From: an uncultured delta proteobacterium
GTDB taxonomy: Bacteria > Myxococcota_A > Polyangia > Fen-1088
DNA: 64,000 nucleotides
Assembly: GCA_963755125.1 (NCBI GenBank)
Contig: CAVWIP010000017.1
Location: 128,001 to 192,000 of the forward strand
Direction of reading: 5' to 3'
The position numbers were made by a program, and so were the translations under genes. Positions 59,996-64,000 of this stretch are shown here, one piece after another. Positions within the stretch are counted from its first letter, which is position 1, and the number at the start of each line of letters is the position of its first letter. The notes under the pieces are model-generated. The model was not told where the DNA came from. It did not search any database and saw nothing but the letters and a program-made list of their open reading frames with translations.

Positions 59996-62170
59996 CTACG
60001 ACGACATATCGAAGCCGAGCTGTTCGGCGAGGGCACGTAGGGCTTTGGGAGGACGGCGGTGGCCGGCCCGGAAGAAGGACAGGTGTTCCCACACCGCCTC
60101 CTGGGCGCGGGGGGCTAGTTCGCCATCAGGCCGCAGGGCCGCGCGCTCGGCTAAGCGTAGAGCCGTCTCCCAGGCCGAAAGATCGCTCACGCTGGGCGAG
60201 AGATTTTCGAGGAACTTGATCAGCGCGACGGCAAAAATGTGCGCCAGCGACGTCACTTCGTCTGCGGAGAGCGGGCCCGCCTGATCGGCGGTGTCCAGCA
60301 GCGCCTGGCATCCGGCGGTGCTGCTGGCCTGATCGGCCATGCGCGCCAGGATTCCCATGCGTAGGGCCGCAGCGCCATCGGAGTCGAGATTGGCCAGGGC
60401 TAGACGCTGTTTGCCGATCTGGCATGCAAAATCCGCCTTGCCGTCGTATCGGGCGGAGAAGGCGAGGGCCGTGGTTTCGCCGGTCCGGCGCTGCACCACC
60501 GTGGCCTGGCCCGCCAACGCCAGCTTGTCCCGGCCCGCGCGCTCGGGAACGATCGCGACGTCGAAGCCGGGCACCTCGCGCAGCGTGGCCGGCGAGGATG
60601 CAAGTGTGGCAAAGGCTGCGCTGGCCACGGCGATGGCCGGGGTGACACGCGCCTGGCAGGCCCGGCGAAAAACGTCGGCGCCTGTGCCGAGGCTGGGTTG
60701 ATTGCTCTTGGCGCGAGCCAAGATGTCCAGCAATGCGCTTTCTGGTGGACGGCCGCCCAACCCGCGCCACACATCCATGGCGTGGGCGGCACGCCGCAAG
60801 CCGATCATGCTCTCCAGACCGGCGATGTCGTCGAAGAACCAGGCGCAGCTGGCGTACATGAGGAGCAAGGATCGCTGCATCTCCATCAGCCCGAGGGCGC
60901 GCTGTGCGGCGTGGGCCTGGCCTTGCTTGAGCGGACCGCGGCCGATGGACTGCAGGCGCCGCATGCGCTGCTCGGGAGGCGCATCCACGATCTCGCCGTA
61001 GCCATCACGGGCTTGCCACGGATCCGCGAAGAGATCATCCGCCGCATCGGCGAAGAAACCGGCGGCTCGGTCGCGCAGCCGATCGAACGCCTCTCGTAGC
61101 GGGCCGCGCCAGGACTGGGCCCAGCCGCGGCTGGTGTCCATGGCACAGCCGCAGTTCCGCCGCCAGCGGCCCACGCCGTGCGAGCAACTCCACGCCGTTC
61201 CCTCGCCGTCGGGTCCCGGCTGCAACTGGGCTTCCCAGGTGGGCGGCTGGCGTTGCACAAAGGCGGCCAGGTTGGTGACCTCGATCTCCGCCGAGGCCGC
61301 CCCCACCTGCGTGGCGTAGGCCAGGGTCAGATCCGCGAACTTTTTGTGGTGGCCATAGAGCTCGCCGTCGGTGGCAGCCAGCACCAGGTGGCGGCCCTCC
61401 GCGCTGGATCGATCGGCCGCTTTGCGCACGGCTGCCAGGAAAGTGCCAGCGTCGCGGGCGGCAGTACCGAAAGCCAGGTCGCGCGACACCGGCCCGTCGA
61501 AGATAGCCAGGGCGATGGAGCGGCCCGAGCCGTCGGGATGCGGCCAGCGATACAGGCGTCCCGTGTCCAGGGTGTTCGCATTGACGGCAAGCCATTCCTT
61601 GCCTGGCTTGCGCACGGCTGCAATTTGCTCGGGCGCCAGGATGGTGAAGCGGACCTGCGCGTCGATGAGCGCCTCGAGCGTGGGCGCGTCCACCGCAGTT
61701 TCCGGCAGCCAGATGCCCTCGGCGTCACGGCCGAAGCGGCGGCGGAAATCGTGCAGGCCCCAGGCGATCTGGGTTTGCCGGTCCCGGGGCGACAGCAGGG
61801 GCGCGATGGGGTGCGCCCACACTTGGGCGATGCCACCGCCCTGGCCCAGACGCTGGCGCTGGCTGGCATCGCCCTCGCGAATGCGCCGCGCGGCGTGCGG
61901 ATCGTGTGGTTCGAGCCAGCGCGCCAGGGTGGGGCCGAAGTCAAACGTGAGTCGATCGTAGTTGTTGACCAGCGACTTGATCTTGTTGCCACCCTGGAAG
62001 ATGCGTGCGTAGGCGTTGGCGCGATAGCATTCGGCATGGATGCGCGCGTTCCAGTCGTGAAAGGGCGCGGCCCCCGGTTCACGCGGTACCTCGTCGGTCC
62101 AGGGGTTTTCGCGCGGCGGCTGATAGAAGTGGCCGTGAACGACGAGCGCGATAGGACGGGGCTTGGCCAT
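59996..62170 (-). CDS. GH57-family glycoside hydrolase with DUF3536
   Basis: HGHFYQPPRENPW, GIWLPETA, ATDGELYGHH, WSCSHGVGRW and MYASCAWFFDD motifs. Confidence 0.9.
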   Translation of the reverse strand: MAKPRPIALVVHGHFYQPPRENPWTDEVPREPGAAPFHDWNARIHAECYRANAYARIFQGGNKIKSLVNNYDRLTFDFGPTLARWLEPHDPHAARRIREGDASQRQRLGQGGGIAQVWAHPIAPLLSPRDRQTQIAWGLHDFRRRFGRDAEGIWLPETAVDAPTLEALIDAQVRFTILAPEQIAAVRKPGKEWLAVNANTLDTGRLYRWPHPDGSGRSIALAIFDGPVSRDLAFGTAARDAGTFLAAVRKAADRSSAEGRHLVLAATDGELYGHHKKFADLTLAYATQVGAASAEIEVTNLAAFVQRQPPTWEAQLQPGPDGEGTAWSCSHGVGRWRRNCGCAMDTSRGWAQSWRGPLREAFDRLRDRAAGFFADAADDLFADPWQARDGYGEIVDAPPEQRMRRLQSIGRGPLKQGQAHAAQRALGLMEMQRSLLLMYASCAWFFDDIAGLESMIGLRRAAHAMDVWRGLGGRPPESALLDILARAKSNQPSLGTGADVFRRACQARVTPAIAVASAAFATLASSPATLREVPGFDVAIVPERAGRDKLALAGQATVVQRRTGETTALAFSARYDGKADFACQIGKQRLALANLDSDGAAALRMGILARMADQASSTAGCQALLDTADQAGPLSADEVTSLAHIFAVALIKFLENLSPSVSDLSAWETALRLAERAALRPDGELAPRAQEAVWEHLSFFRAGHRRPPKALRALAEQLGFDMSS

Positions 62171-62180
62171 GGGGGCGAGT

Positions 62181-63434
62181 CTAGAAATCGCGCGCGCGGG
62201 TCAGCCAGGTATCACCCGCCTTTCCCACCACGGTGATTCCGCCCTCGCTGACATGGTGGCGGACAGCGTCGCGCGCCAGATCGTGGCCGATGTGATCGCC
62301 CGCCGCCACGCGAACGTTCTTGTCGACGATGGCGCGCTGGATGCGTGCGCCCGGACCGACGAAGACGTTGTCGAACAGGATGCTGTCGCGCACCTCCGCG
62401 CCTTCGTCGACCCACACGTTGCGTCCGAGCACGCAGTCCTTGACGAAGCCGCCGGCGATCACGCACCCGCTCGACATGATGGACTGCACCAGCGTGCCGC
62501 GCCGCCGCTCGTCGTCGAACACCAGCTTGGAAGGCGGGTCAGGGTAGTTCTGGCTGATGATGGGCCACTCCCAGTTGTACAGATTGAATCGAGGCACGAC
62601 GTTCTTCAGGTCCATGTTGGCCTCGTAGTACGACTCGATGGTGCCGACGTCGCGCCAGTAGCCCTGTTCGCCCACGGCGGTGACACCCGGGATGATGTTG
62701 CGGGAAAAATCGTACCAGTACACCCGGCCAGTCTTGACCAGCGAGGGCAGGATGTCGCAGCCGAAGTCGTGGTGGGTGTCCTGGCGGGAGTCTGCCTCCA
62801 GCGCTTCATGGAGCGCCAGGGGCGCGAAGATGTAGTTGCCCATGGAGGCCAGCGCCCGCGTCGGGTCGCCCGGGATGGTGGTGACGCCGTCCTGCGGTTT
62901 CTCCTGGAAGCCGGTCACCCGACCAGTGGCGTCGCTCTCGACGATGCCGAAGCCTGCGGCCTCGCCCGCCGGCACCGGCAGACAGGCGATGGTGGCCAGC
63001 GCATCCTTGCTGCGGTGGAAATCGACCATCTGGCGGATGTTCATCTTGTAGACGTGGTCGGCGCCGAACACCAGCACCATGTCGGGACGAAAGATCTCGA
63101 CCAGGTGGAAGTTCTGGTGAATGGCATCGGCGGTGCCGCGGTACCAGCTTTCGCCCGTGCGCATCTGCGCGGGCACGATGGTCACGAAGTCGGCGTGCGT
63201 GCTGCGCGCGCCCCAGGTGCGCTGCACGTGTTCGACCAAAGATTGCGCCTTGTACTGGGTCAGCACGTAGATGGCCCGCACCCCCGAGTTGTGCATGTTC
63301 GACAGCACGAAGTCGACGATGCGGTAGCGTCCGCCGAAGGGAACGGCAGGCTTTGCGCGGTCACGCGTCAGGGGGAAAAGGCGCTCCCCTTTTCCGCCGG
63401 CCATGATGAAGGCGAGGAGGCGAGGCTGGTCCAT
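62181..63434 (-). CDS. glgC: Glucose-1-phosphate adenylyltransferase
   Basis: MAGGKGERLFPLTRDRAKPAVPFGGRYRIVDF, WYRGTADA, ASMGNYIF and YWRDVGT motifs. Confidence 0.96.
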   Translation of the reverse strand: MDQPRLLAFIMAGGKGERLFPLTRDRAKPAVPFGGRYRIVDFVLSNMHNSGVRAIYVLTQYKAQSLVEHVQRTWGARSTHADFVTIVPAQMRTGESWYRGTADAIHQNFHLVEIFRPDMVLVFGADHVYKMNIRQMVDFHRSKDALATIACLPVPAGEAAGFGIVESDATGRVTGFQEKPQDGVTTIPGDPTRALASMGNYIFAPLALHEALEADSRQDTHHDFGCDILPSLVKTGRVYWYDFSRNIIPGVTAVGEQGYWRDVGTIESYYEANMDLKNVVPRFNLYNWEWPIISQNYPDPPSKLVFDDERRRGTLVQSIMSSGCVIAGGFVKDCVLGRNVWVDEGAEVRDSILFDNVFVGPGARIQRAIVDKNVRVAAGDHIGHDLARDAVRHHVSEGGITVVGKAGDTWLTRARDF

Positions 63435-63470
63435 GAGATTGGCCGGACCATTATATCTCCGAATTGGTCT

Positions 63471-63629
63471 AGAGCACCGAACGGTTTGCCTCCCGTCGCG
63501 AAATCGCGGATTTGCGTCGCGTCCCTTCGTTGCTCCTCGGTCGAATACGTCGAGTATTCTCCCTCGTCGCGCCTCGGGCCGCTCGCAACTGCGCAATTTC
63601 GCTCGGTCCGGCAAACCGCCCGGTGCTCT
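63471..63629. repeat. About 160-bp imperfect palindrome (REP/MITE-like) between glgC and glgP
   Basis: AGAGCACCG/CGGTGCTCT, CGGTTTGCC/GGCAAACCG, GCGAAAT/ATTTCGC, TTGCG/CGCAA and apical GAATAC/GTATTC. Confidence 0.75.
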
Positions 63630-63660
63630 CGCGCCTGGTTTGTGACAAACTGCCCCCCCT

Positions 63661-64000
63661 ATGTCGCCGGAAGAGAAGCTGTATCACCAACTGCACGAGC
63701 TCTCGATGAACATGTGGTGGGCCTGGAACCCATCCGTGATCAAGCTGTTTCGCGATCTCGATCCCGAGGGATTTCGCGCGTCCAAGCACAACCCGCTCAA
63801 GGTGGTGAAGAACCTGAGCCCGGAACGGGTGTGCGAGCTGGTTCAGGACGCGGCTTTTCGCGCCCGCGCCGACCGGGTGTACCGCGAGTTTCACGCCTAT
63901 GTGTCGCCCAACGCGCACACCTGGGCTCAGACCGAGGCTGCGCCGTTGCGCGTGCGGCCGGTCGCGTACCTGTCGGCGGAATTCGGCATTCACGAGTCAC
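63661..64000 (+). CDS. glgP: Alpha-glucan phosphorylase, 5' part
   Basis: MSPEEKLYHQLHELSMNMWWAWNP...LFRDLDP...HNP...VAYLSAEFGIHES; runs off the window. Confidence 0.9.
   Translation, partial: MSPEEKLYHQLHELSMNMWWAWNPSVIKLFRDLDPEGFRASKHNPLKVVKNLSPERVCELVQDAAFRARADRVYREFHAYVSPNAHTWAQTEAAPLRVRPVAYLSAEFGIHES

Overview
High-GC bacterial chromosomal window. Gene content (AgmX/GltJ-like protein, Ser/Thr kinase, giant TPR protein, Cys-rich lipoproteins) points to Myxococcota. Most of it is housekeeping: accD-folC, glyA, a radical SAM fusion, tRNA-His, nuoABCDGHI, mreBCD-mrdA-rodA, a SurA/PpiD-like chaperone, murI, GH57-glgC-glgP. Three accessory regions stand out. (1) A degraded integron at about 39.2-44.6 kb has a 3'-truncated intI pointing toward five attC sites. 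Its first cassette, delimited by complementary R'/R'' boxes, carries an unlisted 50-aa proline-rich ORF, a DUF5343-like gene and a DpnII/MboI-like PD-(D/E)XK nuclease gene split by a complete IS3-family element. This is my best candidate for an undescribed defence module. Further cassettes encode a Sel1-like protein, a small membrane protein and an RHH-PemK/MazF toxin-antitoxin pair. (2) A 1.45-kb quasi-palindromic island at 2.64-4.10 kb holds two near-identical inverted four-helix-bundle genes, a truncated third copy and a 43-bp-period palindromic array. (3) A 2.7-kb islet on the 5' side of tRNA-His is bounded by 29-bp direct repeats. All family assignments come from motif recognition by eye; no searches were run.
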